IMG/VR virus record: IMGVR_UViG_3300020379_000218
Location: 32,001 to 96,000 of that record
Strand: one strand, 5' to 3'
From: a virus
Lineage: Duplodnaviria; Caudoviricetes
Length of the DNA: 64,000 bases
The position numbers were made by a program, and so were the translations under genes. Each line of letters starts with the position of its first letter. The stretch's first letter is position 1. The notes under the pieces were generated by a model. That model did no database searches. It saw only the letters and a list, made by a program, of their open reading frames with translations, and was not told the DNA's origin. Below are positions 48,405-57,019 of this stretch, piece after piece.

Positions 48405-48463
48405 TGGGGGAGAAATCGTTGAAAAATATGATGAAAAAAAATGAAAAAATGCTCACTTTTTGC

Positions 48464-48492
48464 TTGACATATGCTAAAAAGTGTGGTATTAT
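48464..48492 (+). promoter_or_regulatory. Strong sigma70-type early promoter, copy 2
   Basis: TTGACA-17 bp-TATTAT; flanks nearly duplicate copy 1. Confidence 0.8.
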
Positions 48493-48524
48493 GTATGTAT
48501 AAAATGAAGAAAGGACAAAACACT

Positions 48525-49772
48525 ATGTTAAAACTAAATGATAAACAACTTGAATTCGTAAATGAGTGTTCAAAGTTGTTCCCTAATAAAGATACTTTAG
48601 ATAATGCTGAATTATTGTCAGTATCTAAATCTCTTGGAATGAATTTCAAACCACAATGGTTGGTTAGAAATCCAGATTTAAGAGTTGGTAGAGGTCAATA
48701 CAAAATCCCGATGAACGGTGAGATTACTTCTACTGCCAAAGTTATTCCTAATATCTTAAATGATGATAAGAAGGCACCTGCTGATGATACTGAAAAGGTT
48801 GTTGCTACTGATACTAAATCAGAAGCTGCATATGTTGTATCTTCACTAGTTGACAATCTTGTTCCTAAAAAAGATGAGACTTTTGTTTCATTTGGAAATC
48901 ATCCTGATGTTAGAAATATCATAAAATCAAAACAATTTTATCCGATATTCATTACTGGTCTTTCTGGTAACGGTAAGACTTTTTCAGTTGTTCAGGCTGC
49001 TGCCGAAGCAAAAAGAGAACTGATAAGAGTTAACATTACAATTGAGACCGATGAAGATGATTTACTCGGAGGATACAGATTAAGAGACGGTCAAACCGTT
49101 TGGCAAAATGGTCCTGTTATTGAAGCAATGGAAAGAGGTGCAATCCTTTTACTTGATGAAGTTGACCTTGCTTCTAATAAGATTATGTGTCTACAACCAA
49201 TCCTTGAAGGTAACGGAGTTTATGTTAAGAAGATTAACAAATTCGTTAAACCAAATATTGGTTTCAATGTAGTCGCTACTGCCAACACTAAAGGTCAAGG
49301 AAGTGATGATGGTAAGTTTATCGGTACTAACATACTGAACGAAGCTTTCCTAGAAAGATTTCCTGTAACCTTTGAACAGCAGTATCCTGCTGCCAAAACT
49401 GAACAAAAGATACTTAACAATACTCTTGCTCAAACTGGTAAGAAAGATGAAAAGTATGTTGAGAAGTTATCTACTTGGGCAGATGTAATCAGAAAAACCT
49501 ACTTTGACGGTGGGGTTGATGAGATTATATCAACAAGAAGATTAGTCCACATTGTTCAAGCATATTCAATCTTTGGTAATAAGATGAAGGCTATTGAATT
49601 GTGTACTAACAGATTTGATAACGATACAAAAGCTTCTTTTGTTGACTTATACACCAAAGTGGACGCTGGGGCAACTGCTGAAAGCATTGCCGAAATGCAG
49701 AAACAAGAGGCGTTAAAGGAACAAATGATGTCCAATGATAGTGAGGAAGAAGACGAGGAAGACCTTGTCTAA
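48525..49772 (+). CDS. cobS: MoxR/CobS-like AAA+ ATPase
   Basis: GLSGNGKT, LLLDEVD, ATANTKG, AFLERF, ISTRRL. Start placed after the AAGGA SD (track start 48471). Confidence 0.88.
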   Translation: MLKLNDKQLEFVNECSKLFPNKDTLDNAELLSVSKSLGMNFKPQWLVRNPDLRVGRGQYKIPMNGEITSTAKVIPNILNDDKKAPADDTEKVVATDTKSEAAYVVSSLVDNLVPKKDETFVSFGNHPDVRNIIKSKQFYPIFITGLSGNGKTFSVVQAAAEAKRELIRVNITIETDEDDLLGGYRLRDGQTVWQNGPVIEAMERGAILLLDEVDLASNKIMCLQPILEGNGVYVKKINKFVKPNIGFNVVATANTKGQGSDDGKFIGTNILNEAFLERFPVTFEQQYPAAKTEQKILNNTLAQTGKKDEKYVEKLSTWADVIRKTYFDGGVDEIISTRRLVHIVQAYSIFGNKMKAIELCTNRFDNDTKASFVDLYTKVDAGATAESIAEMQKQEALKEQMMSNDSEEEDEEDLV

Positions 49773-49796
49773 AAAATCTATCCATAGTGTGGTCCT

Positions 49797-49830
49797 TGGA
49801 GAGAGGTGTAGTGGCCTCTCTCCACTTTTT
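49797..49830 (+). terminator. Rho-independent terminator
   Basis: TGGAGAGAGG-tgtagtgg-CCTCTCTCCA-CTTTTT. Confidence 0.85.
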
Positions 49831-49858
49831 CACACTAGAATAAATATGAAGGATAACT

Positions 49859-50131
49859 ATGAAATATAATGAAGATAAAATAATTAAAGAAATAAAAGAC
49901 TATGTTGAAGGTACATATGGTGAACACTATAGTACTACAAAAGATGGTTTTCAAGTCCAAGATATGTTAAGGCACTTGAATATAGATAAAGACTTTTGCC
50001 AGGCTAATGCAATTAAATATTTGTGTAGATATGGTAAGAAGGCAGGTAGAAATAGAAAGGATTTGTTAAAAGCAATCCACTATGTTATTCTATTGATGTC
50101 TAGTGAAGACAACGATAAAGGTAAAAAATGA
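49859..50131 (+). CDS. DUF3310-like conserved phage protein
   Basis: HY...FCQANAIKYLCRYGKK.G...DLLKAIHY. Confidence 0.8.
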   Translation: MKYNEDKIIKEIKDYVEGTYGEHYSTTKDGFQVQDMLRHLNIDKDFCQANAIKYLCRYGKKAGRNRKDLLKAIHYVILLMSSEDNDKGKK

Positions 50132-50340
50132 GTACAGATGTTTTAGGATACAGCTCACACGATTGGCGTAAACATACAGATGACGCTGTTATTGAAGATG
50201 GTGAACACATTTTAAAAGTAAATGATAGTAGGGTATTATTTAAAAACCCAAAAACATTGAAAGAGGAAAATGTTGATGTGTCCAGATTGATTAGAGTTTT
50301 TGTAAATAATAGAGACGACTTGAAAAGGAGTGTTAAATGA
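50128..50340 (+). CDS. Hypothetical protein
   Basis: 70 aa with ATGA coupling at both ends. Confidence 0.65.
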   Translation: MSTDVLGYSSHDWRKHTDDAVIEDGEHILKVNDSRVLFKNPKTLKEENVDVSRLIRVFVNNRDDLKRSVK

Positions 50341-50987
50341 TGAGTATGAAATTTAAAGTACAAGTGAAAACTCAAACTTTGAGGTATAGTTTAAATCAAG
50401 GTTATGAGATTGTTGCCTTTCCTATGAAAGATAGTCAGATACAAAATTTATTACAGACCAAGTTTTGTTATTTTTTCGGTACAGGAGATTATAATTTACC
50501 ACCTACAATAGGTCATAGACGAGAAGGTGAGGTTGTTCGTGCCAACTCAAAAGACTTACACAAATGGTTAACAGAAGATATGGGAAAGTACTTTCCTAAT
50601 AATGAAATGCTTATGAATAAAATGAGTAAGAACGGATTTAAGAGAGGGTTTGATATGAGAGACCCTTGGGTAAACATACCTATCAACCATCAAGGTACTA
50701 AAGGTTGGTTGAAGAAGACAGGTCAGATTACCGATAAAACTGAATTAGAACACCTACGACATATGGGTACTTCTAAATACTCTTCTAATGTAGCAGATAC
50801 GGTATATAGAGATAACAAAAATAAAATAGATACAAATGTTATGGGTAAAAAAGGTACCGTTGGTGAGAATGTAATTACAAATTACTTTAAAAAACAACCA
50901 GGTGTTATATCAGTTGTACCAAGTGGTGATGTATATGCCAAGTGGGATTTAGAAATAGAGTATGAAAAGATGAAGGAGGTAATATAA
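50337..50987 (+). CDS. Hypothetical protein
   Basis: 216 aa with AGGAG SD. Confidence 0.65.
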   Translation: MMSMKFKVQVKTQTLRYSLNQGYEIVAFPMKDSQIQNLLQTKFCYFFGTGDYNLPPTIGHRREGEVVRANSKDLHKWLTEDMGKYFPNNEMLMNKMSKNGFKRGFDMRDPWVNIPINHQGTKGWLKKTGQITDKTELEHLRHMGTSKYSSNVADTVYRDNKNKIDTNVMGKKGTVGENVITNYFKKQPGVISVVPSGDVYAKWDLEIEYEKMKEVI

Positions 50988-51197
50988 GTGGGTATACTAG
51001 TAACCGTTCGTAATGGTAACTTGGAACAAGCAATGAGAGTGCTTAAGAAAAAAGTTGCTAAAGAAGGTTTAGTTAAAGAGCTGCGTCAACGACAATACTA
51101 TGAGAAACCTAGTGATAAGAAAATCCGTAAAAAGAAAGAAAACACTAGAGCGTGGATGAAAAAGCAGAAAAAACTAAAAGCACAAAGAGGATATTAA
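50988..51197 (+). CDS. rpsU: Ribosomal protein bS21
   Basis: V.VRNGNLEQAMRVLKKKV..EG...ELR.RQYYEKPS; perfect AAGGAGGT SD; GTG start. Confidence 0.93.
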   Translation: MGILVTVRNGNLEQAMRVLKKKVAKEGLVKELRQRQYYEKPSDKKIRKKKENTRAWMKKQKKLKAQRGY

Positions 51198-51201
51198 AGA
51201 A

Positions 51202-51414
51202 TTTGTCCTCCTCTCTTATGAGAGTGTATATATAATATGTTAGGCTATTCGTAAGACCTAATGAGGACAAAGGGTGCCGTAATTACCCAATACAGATAGA
51301 GTATTAAATACGGTGTCGCTAGAGTTTTTTTGGGGTGTCCCTGTGGTTCTTCTCTTTAAAAAAGAACCTAAAGCGCTGAGAGTTTTGGCAGTATACTCTT
51401 TAAAGAAACTGCCA
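51202..51414 (+). ncRNA. Candidate structured RNA: three-way junction, stem-loop and two tandem H-type pseudoknots
   Basis: Multiple perfect helices found by eye (see findings); no ORF in the region. Confidence 0.5.
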
Positions 51415-51421
51415 CTTTAAT

Positions 51422-51643
51422 ATGAGACGAGAAAAGAAGTTGAATGAATTTGATATTGAGGCAAAGACTTCAGGTGGTGCAGTATTTGAGTTAGGTGTAA
51501 AAACCTCTAAAGAAAGCACAGCGATTAGAAGACTTGCTGAACCTTTAATGAATAAACATTGGAAAGGTCAGGTAACTAATTTACATAGAATATATAAAGT
51601 TGCCGCCTATCTATTAAAAAGAAGTAAAAGGCTTGACAAATGA
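51422..51643 (+). CDS. Hypothetical basic protein
   Basis: 73 aa ORF. Confidence 0.55.
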   Translation: MRREKKLNEFDIEAKTSGGAVFELGVKTSKESTAIRRLAEPLMNKHWKGQVTNLHRIYKVAAYLLKRSKRLDK

Positions 51644-51664
51644 GATATAATGATTATATAAATA
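51633..51664 (+). promoter_or_regulatory. Composite TTGACA and late (TATAAATA 51657-51664) promoter of hsp20
   Basis: TTGACA at 51633 followed by an exact late consensus. Confidence 0.65.
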
Positions 51665-51726
51665 ACTATGAGAACGCCATAATGGGTTCTCTAAACATTA
51701 ACTTTGCTTAACAATAGGAGGTTACA

Positions 51727-52173
51727 ATGACCAATCACAGAGCAATTTCATTTTTTAACAATTTAAGACCTATGACCGTAGGGTTTGATGATGTATTTAA
51801 TAGTTTTGAAACTATGTTAGATACTACAGACTTCGGTAATAGAGTCCCTAACTTTCCACCTTACAATATCGTAAAGACTGGAGACTTTACTTACGACATA
51901 GAGTTGGCATTAGCAGGATACTCAAAAGCAGATGTATCTGTTGATTATGCCGATAGTGTTTTATCTATCAAATCTTTACATAAAGACGAAGATAGTAAAA
52001 AAGGTCCTGAGGTTATACACAAAGGTATTGCGAAAAGACATTTTAGTAGGTCTTTCACAATCGCTGATGATGTAGAAATCAAAGGTGCCGAACTCAAAGA
52101 CGGACTTTTAAAAGTCAGTTTAGAGAAGATTGTTCCAGATAGTAAGAAACCTAGAACAATCAAAATCAAATAG
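51727..52173 (+). CDS. hsp20: Small heat-shock protein Hsp20 (IbpA-like)
   Basis: FPPYNI, IELALAGY, HKGIAKRHFSRSF, A.LKDGLL. Confidence 0.95.
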   Translation: MTNHRAISFFNNLRPMTVGFDDVFNSFETMLDTTDFGNRVPNFPPYNIVKTGDFTYDIELALAGYSKADVSVDYADSVLSIKSLHKDEDSKKGPEVIHKGIAKRHFSRSFTIADDVEIKGAELKDGLLKVSLEKIVPDSKKPRTIKIK

Positions 52174-52272
52174 TGGTTGAATAAGATTCACACATATTTG
52201 GTTATAACAACACAGACAGGAGAATAGGATTTAGGCGATGGGAAGCGCCAGATAGAATTCAACCATCGCCTA

Positions 52273-52301
52273 TTGACTTGTTTCTCGTATTATGTTATAT
52301 T
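52273..52301 (+). promoter_or_regulatory. Sigma70-type promoter for peroxiredoxin
   Basis: TTGACT-17 bp-TATATT with extended TG. Confidence 0.6.
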
Positions 52302-52332
52302 AACTGAATTGAATTAACACATAAGGATAATT

Positions 52333-52878
52333 ATGATAAATGGAATGAAAATACCAAAGGTCACTTTTAGAGTAAGAGAAGGTGACGAAGTTGAAACAGA
52401 TGGCGGTTGTGCTATCGGCGGTCAATGGCTGAACAAGACAACAGACGATTACTTCAAAGGTAAGAGAGTTGTGTTATTCAGTTTACCAGGTGCATTTACA
52501 CCTACTTGTTCTTCACAGCAATTGCCTGGGTTTGAAGAACACTATGATACAATCACAAAATTTTCAGTAGACGAAGTTTATTGTATTTCAGTAAACGATA
52601 GTTTTGTAATGAATGCTTGGGCAGACCATATGGGTATTGAAAAAGTAAAAATGATACCAGATGGTTCAGGCAATCTTACACGATTTATGGGAATGCTAAT
52701 TGGCAAAAACCATTTAGGTTTCGGTAATAGAAGTTGGAGATATATGGCAGTTATCAATGACGGAGTTGTTGAGAAATGGTTCCAAGAACCAGGTATCAAT
52801 AATGAAGGAACAGATGATGACCCATATGTGGAATCAACACCTGAAAAAATGTTAGACTACTTACGACATAGTGAGTAG
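52333..52878 (+). CDS. Peroxiredoxin, Prx5-type redoxin
   Basis: FSLPGAFTPTCS, SVNDSFVMNAW, RSWRY. Confidence 0.93.
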   Translation: MINGMKIPKVTFRVREGDEVETDGGCAIGGQWLNKTTDDYFKGKRVVLFSLPGAFTPTCSSQQLPGFEEHYDTITKFSVDEVYCISVNDSFVMNAWADHMGIEKVKMIPDGSGNLTRFMGMLIGKNHLGFGNRSWRYMAVINDGVVEKWFQEPGINNEGTDDDPYVESTPEKMLDYLRHSE

Positions 52879-52882
52879 GCTA

Positions 52883-52911
52883 TTGACAAAGACGACCCTA
52901 TGATATATAAT
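52883..52911 (+). promoter_or_regulatory. Consensus sigma70-type promoter for gp45
   Basis: TTGACA-17 bp-TATAAT. Confidence 0.85.
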
Positions 52912-52937
52912 GTTTATAATTTAATGAAGGAGAATAT

Positions 52938-53606
52938 ATGATGAACTTATCAAACGATACACTTGCATTGTTAAAAAACTTTGCAAACATTAATCAAAAT
53001 ATTTTAATTAAACCAGGTAAGAAATTAAATACAATTTCTACTATGAAAAATATTTTGGCAACAGCAGATATTAAAGAAGACTTTGAACAGCAGTTTGCTA
53101 TCTATGACTTACCAGAGTTTTTAAGAACGGTTGATTTATTTGAACAACCTAACTTAAAATTCAATGGTGGTTCTAGTGTAGGAATCTCTGGTAAAGACGG
53201 AAGGTCAGCAAGTAAATATACTTTCGCTGATGAATCTGTTATCGTTGCACCTACCAAAACTATATCAATGCCTGATACAGAAGTTTCTTTTGTATTTAAG
53301 AAAGCAGATATGGAAAGACTTATGAAAGGTGTGGTTACTCTTAACTTACCTGACATATCAGTTATTGGTGATGGTAAGAATATGACACTTGTTGCAGAAG
53401 ATAGAAAGAACAAAGCTTCTAACAAGTTTGATATCCAAGTTGGTACTACTGACAAAACATTTAAGGCATTTTTCAAAGCAGAAAACTTTAAAATGTTAAC
53501 AGATGATTATGATGTTGCAATCTCAAAACAAAAGATTTCACATTTTGTTAATAGAACAAGACCAGTACAATATTGGATTGCATTAGAGCCAGAAAGTGAA
53601 TTCTAA
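52938..53606 (+). CDS. gp45: Sliding clamp gp45
   Basis: LKNFANINQNI, FAIYDL.EFL, YWIALE. Confidence 0.94.
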   Translation: MMNLSNDTLALLKNFANINQNILIKPGKKLNTISTMKNILATADIKEDFEQQFAIYDLPEFLRTVDLFEQPNLKFNGGSSVGISGKDGRSASKYTFADESVIVAPTKTISMPDTEVSFVFKKADMERLMKGVVTLNLPDISVIGDGKNMTLVAEDRKNKASNKFDIQVGTTDKTFKAFFKAENFKMLTDDYDVAISKQKISHFVNRTRPVQYWIALEPESEF

Positions 53607-53697
53607 TAAACACTATAAATTTGTTGAGAAATATAAACTTGACACTTGGGCGTTTATTATATTCATTGCAGTATTGGCTATTATTGCATTGATTTAA
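53596..53697 (+). CDS. Putative 33-aa membrane peptide (…WAFIIFIAVLAIIALI*), not in the ORF track
   Basis: GTG start overlapping the gp45 end; strongly hydrophobic C-terminal half fills the gap. Confidence 0.35.
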   Translation: MNSNKHYKFVEKYKLDTWAFIIFIAVLAIIALI

Positions 53698-53719
53698 ATT
53701 AAATTATGAGGTATATATT

Positions 53720-54664
53720 ATGGCAGACTTTTTGTGGGTTGAGAAATACCGACCGAAAACAATTGAAGAGTGTATCTTACCAGAAGATATAAAATCAACT
53801 TTTCAAAACTTTTTAAAACAAGGCGAGATTAGTAATCTACTCTTATCAGGTACAGCAGGTACAGGTAAGACAACGGTTGCTCGTGCCTTGTGTGAAGAGT
53901 TAAAATGTGATTATATGATTATCAATGGGTCAGACGAAGGTAGACAAATTGATACATTAAGAACTAAAATTCAACAATTCGCTAGTACGGTGTCTTTAAC
54001 AGAAGACGCTAATCATAAAGTTGTGATTGTTGATGAAGCAGATTATATGAATGCTGATAGTGTTCAACCTGCTTTGAGAAACTTTATAGAAACCTTTTAC
54101 AAGAATTGTAGATTTATCTTCACTTGTAATTTCAAAAACAAAATCATACCAGCATTACATAGTCGTTGTACGGTAGTAGACTTCAAAATTGTCAATGGGC
54201 AGAAGAAGAAGTGTGCTGACGCTATGATGTTAAGACTAGGTAAGGTACTGAATGATGAGAATATACCATACGATAAGAAAGTTTTGGCAGAATTAATTAT
54301 CAAATATTTTCCTGATTTCAGAAGAACTATCAACGAACTTCAAAGATATTCAGTTAGAGGTAAGATTGATAGTGGTATATTATTCACATTATCAGAAGCA
54401 AATAACAAAGAACTAGTCGCTACATTAAAAGAAAAAAGATTTAATGATATGCGAAAGTGGGTTATTCAGAATATAGATAAAGAACCTACAAGTATGTTCC
54501 GTAATATTTACGAGGTATTACAGAAAGCACTTGACCCTAAATCTATCCCACAGGCAGTTTTAGTTATTGCAGGTTATCAGTACAAGGCGGCTTTTGTCGC
54601 AGACCAAGAAATCAATATGGTCGCTTGTCTTACCGAGATAATGGCAAATTGTAAGTTTAAATAA
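53720..54664 (+). CDS. gp44: Clamp loader large subunit gp44
   Basis: LWVEKYRP, GTAGTGKTT, DEAD, SRC, FPDFRR. Confidence 0.96.
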   Translation: MADFLWVEKYRPKTIEECILPEDIKSTFQNFLKQGEISNLLLSGTAGTGKTTVARALCEELKCDYMIINGSDEGRQIDTLRTKIQQFASTVSLTEDANHKVVIVDEADYMNADSVQPALRNFIETFYKNCRFIFTCNFKNKIIPALHSRCTVVDFKIVNGQKKKCADAMMLRLGKVLNDENIPYDKKVLAELIIKYFPDFRRTINELQRYSVRGKIDSGILFTLSEANNKELVATLKEKRFNDMRKWVIQNIDKEPTSMFRNIYEVLQKALDPKSIPQAVLVIAGYQYKAAFVADQEINMVACLTEIMANCKFK

Positions 54665-55059
54665 TGGCTTACGAACTCAAAGATTACCTGAATAGTATTA
54701 ATTTTACTAAACAGGATGTGATGAAGACAGACGATATTACCTGGGAAAAGAAGTATCCTGCGTTTATCGTAAACAAGTGTTTATCATACCATTACGATAC
54801 CTTAATCGCTGCCAACGAAATGAATGGGTATCATTTTCTTCCCAATAATATGCAATATCAATTTTTACTAAATATAGTAAGAAAGAAAAAGCGTTTTGCG
54901 AAATGGATGAAAGCAGAAAAGCTTAAAGATATAGAGTATGTAAAAGAGTATTATGGCTATAGTAATGAGAAAGCTAAAACCGCTCTAAGCATATTGACTA
55001 AAAACGATATTGAACATATAAAAAAATCCTTGAATAAGGGTGGGAGAAAAAGAAAATGA
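54664..55059 (+). CDS. gp62: Clamp loader small subunit gp62
   Basis: YLNSINFTK, ANEMN, VKEYYGYSNEKA. Confidence 0.92.
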   Translation: MAYELKDYLNSINFTKQDVMKTDDITWEKKYPAFIVNKCLSYHYDTLIAANEMNGYHFLPNNMQYQFLLNIVRKKKRFAKWMKAEKLKDIEYVKEYYGYSNEKAKTALSILTKNDIEHIKKSLNKGGRKRK

Positions 55060-55502
55060 CAGACAATGTAAAATGGTCACCGGAAGATATGCTAGAGGTC
55101 ACAATCAAGCAACCTGACGATTTCCTAAAAGTAAGAGAGACATTAACAAGAATAGGTGTTGCTAGTCGTAAAGACAAAACACTATTTCAAAGTTGCCACA
55201 TATTACACAAACAAGGCAAGTATTACATAGTACACTTCAAAGAACTATTTGCTTTAGATGGTAAGAAAGCAACCTTAACAGACAATGATATTCAGCGTAG
55301 AAATACTATTGCAGTATTACTAACAGATTGGAACTTAATTACGATAGTAAAACCAGAGGCTGCTGAAAACAAAGCACCACTATCACAAATTAAAGTGCTA
55401 CCTTTCAAAGAAAAGAAAGAATGGAATCTTTCTGCCAAGTATAATATTGGTAAGAAGTTAGACGAAAAAACCGAAGACAAAGTTTCAAATGAAGGTAAAT
55501 AA
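55056..55502 (+). CDS. regA: Translational repressor RegA
   Basis: DDFLKVRETLTRIG, QSCHILHKQG.YYIVHFKELF. Confidence 0.96.
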   Translation: MTDNVKWSPEDMLEVTIKQPDDFLKVRETLTRIGVASRKDKTLFQSCHILHKQGKYYIVHFKELFALDGKKATLTDNDIQRRNTIAVLLTDWNLITIVKPEAAENKAPLSQIKVLPFKEKKEWNLSAKYNIGKKLDEKTEDKVSNEGK

Positions 55503-56995
55503 TGCAAGTAAAACAATTCAGCGACTTCCTATCTGAACAAACATTAGATAGAGAAAACAAACCAATAACTATTGCAGTTATCACAAAGACAAATCCTAAT
55601 CTCAAAAAGAGAAAGGTTGGTGGTAAAGAAAGTAAAGAGTTAACGGTTAAGTTGATTGATGAAGCTTGCCAAGCAGTAAATCTAAAGTGTGTAGTTATTG
55701 AAACTAGACACGCAATTATCACAGGTAAAGACGAAGAAAAGAATACTTTGACCGTATATAACTATGACGGCAAAGATAACGAACATACATTTATAGGTAA
55801 AGATACCGTTTGTATTACTAGAGCAGGTTCTGTAGAAGACGAAAGTGGTTTATCAATCGTTTCTGCTTTTCAAAACTCTGGTTCATTTATGTGTAATACA
55901 AGAAATGCAATGTTAACTTGTAATAACAAATTGACTACTGCTTTATTATTTGAAAAGTTTGGTATACCAACACCGAAGACAGCGTTTGTATCTAACGAGA
56001 AAAACATAGATGACGCTTTAGAACTAATTGGTGGTGTAGATAAGTTTCCAGTAATATTAAAAACACTAACAGGTACACAAGGTATCGGAGTTGTAAAGGT
56101 AGAGAGTTATGATTCTCTAGTTTCAACTATTCAAGCATTGTGGAAACATAATGCAGAATTACTAATACAAGAATTTATGCCTAGTGATTTTGATATTAGA
56201 ACTTTCGTAGTAGATAACAAGATATTTGCAAGTACAAAAAGAATTCAAGGCTCAGACGATTTTAGAACTAATACTCATAGAGGTGCTGAAGCAGTACCAT
56301 ATAAGTTAAAAGACGAGGAAATAGAGGTCATACTCCGTGCTAGCAGGGCGTCAAAGGCGTATCTTTGTGGAGTTGACCATATCATACATAAAGGCAAACC
56401 TTATGTATTAGAAGTAAATGGTTCACCAGGAACTGGTGCAGAATATGAAGGATATATCTATAAAGACTTCTATTCGGATCCAGAAACAAAAGGTTCAATT
56501 AAAGGTGCTCAACTTGTAAAGAATTTAATCAAGTGGGTATCAGATAGAAAGAATTGGGATAGACAATCTATTGCTGAAGTAGGTTGGTTAGAAACAATAG
56601 AAGTCGGCGACATTGGTAAAATGAGAGCGAAGATGGACACTGGTAACGGTGCTCACGCTTGTTCAATGCACGCTGAGAATATTAAAGTAGAAGGTAAAAA
56701 GGTAACCTGGAAGTACAACGGCAAGACATATTCGGCACCGAAGTACGGGGAATCAAAAGTCTTTCGTGCTAACGCAGAAGGTGAAGAACCATCAGAAGTT
56801 AGAACAACGGTACTACTTGACCTTACCTTTAACGGTTTCACATATCCTGATATTGAATTCGGACTTGACCAAAGACCAAGGTCTGGTTCCGATGTTCTAC
56901 TTAATAGAGAAGTAATCAGAATGTTCAATGCGTCTGTTAATCCTAATAGAACATTTGTACTATCAAAAAGATTACCGCCTATTGACAAAGACTAA
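55502..56995 (+). CDS. rimK: RimK-family ATP-grasp ligase fused to a C-terminal RimB-like retropepsin-type protease
   Basis: NKL.T, P.ILK...GTQGIGV, QEF, DIR, FRTNTHRG, GVD, EVNGSPG; C-terminal VGWLE...AKMDTG...VLL.R. Confidence 0.85.
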   Translation: MQVKQFSDFLSEQTLDRENKPITIAVITKTNPNLKKRKVGGKESKELTVKLIDEACQAVNLKCVVIETRHAIITGKDEEKNTLTVYNYDGKDNEHTFIGKDTVCITRAGSVEDESGLSIVSAFQNSGSFMCNTRNAMLTCNNKLTTALLFEKFGIPTPKTAFVSNEKNIDDALELIGGVDKFPVILKTLTGTQGIGVVKVESYDSLVSTIQALWKHNAELLIQEFMPSDFDIRTFVVDNKIFASTKRIQGSDDFRTNTHRGAEAVPYKLKDEEIEVILRASRASKAYLCGVDHIIHKGKPYVLEVNGSPGTGAEYEGYIYKDFYSDPETKGSIKGAQLVKNLIKWVSDRKNWDRQSIAEVGWLETIEVGDIGKMRAKMDTGNGAHACSMHAENIKVEGKKVTWKYNGKTYSAPKYGESKVFRANAEGEEPSEVRTTVLLDLTFNGFTYPDIEFGLDQRPRSGSDVLLNREVIRMFNASVNPNRTFVLSKRLPPIDKD

Positions 56996-57010
56996 CAATT
57001 AACATATAAT
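56982..57010 (+). promoter_or_regulatory. Consensus sigma70-type promoter
   Basis: TTGACA-17 bp-TATAAT. Confidence 0.8.
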
Positions 57011-57019
57011 GGAGATATT

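Noticed and set aside
46089-49772. Cobalamin biosynthesis (cobS/cobT)
   Set aside because: No cobN or other cob genes; features fit a generic MoxR-AAA/vWA pair with a peptidase domain
50337-50987. Truncated PD-(D/E)xK or homing endonuclease (GE...YF...D...WD tail)
   Set aside because: Resemblance is too weak and the catalytic ExK is absent; left as hypothetical
51202-51420. tmRNA, tRNA or hammerhead ribozyme
   Set aside because: No acceptor stem, T-arm, CCA or tag reading frame; CTAATGA/CTGAGA and GAAAC do not assemble into a hammerhead core
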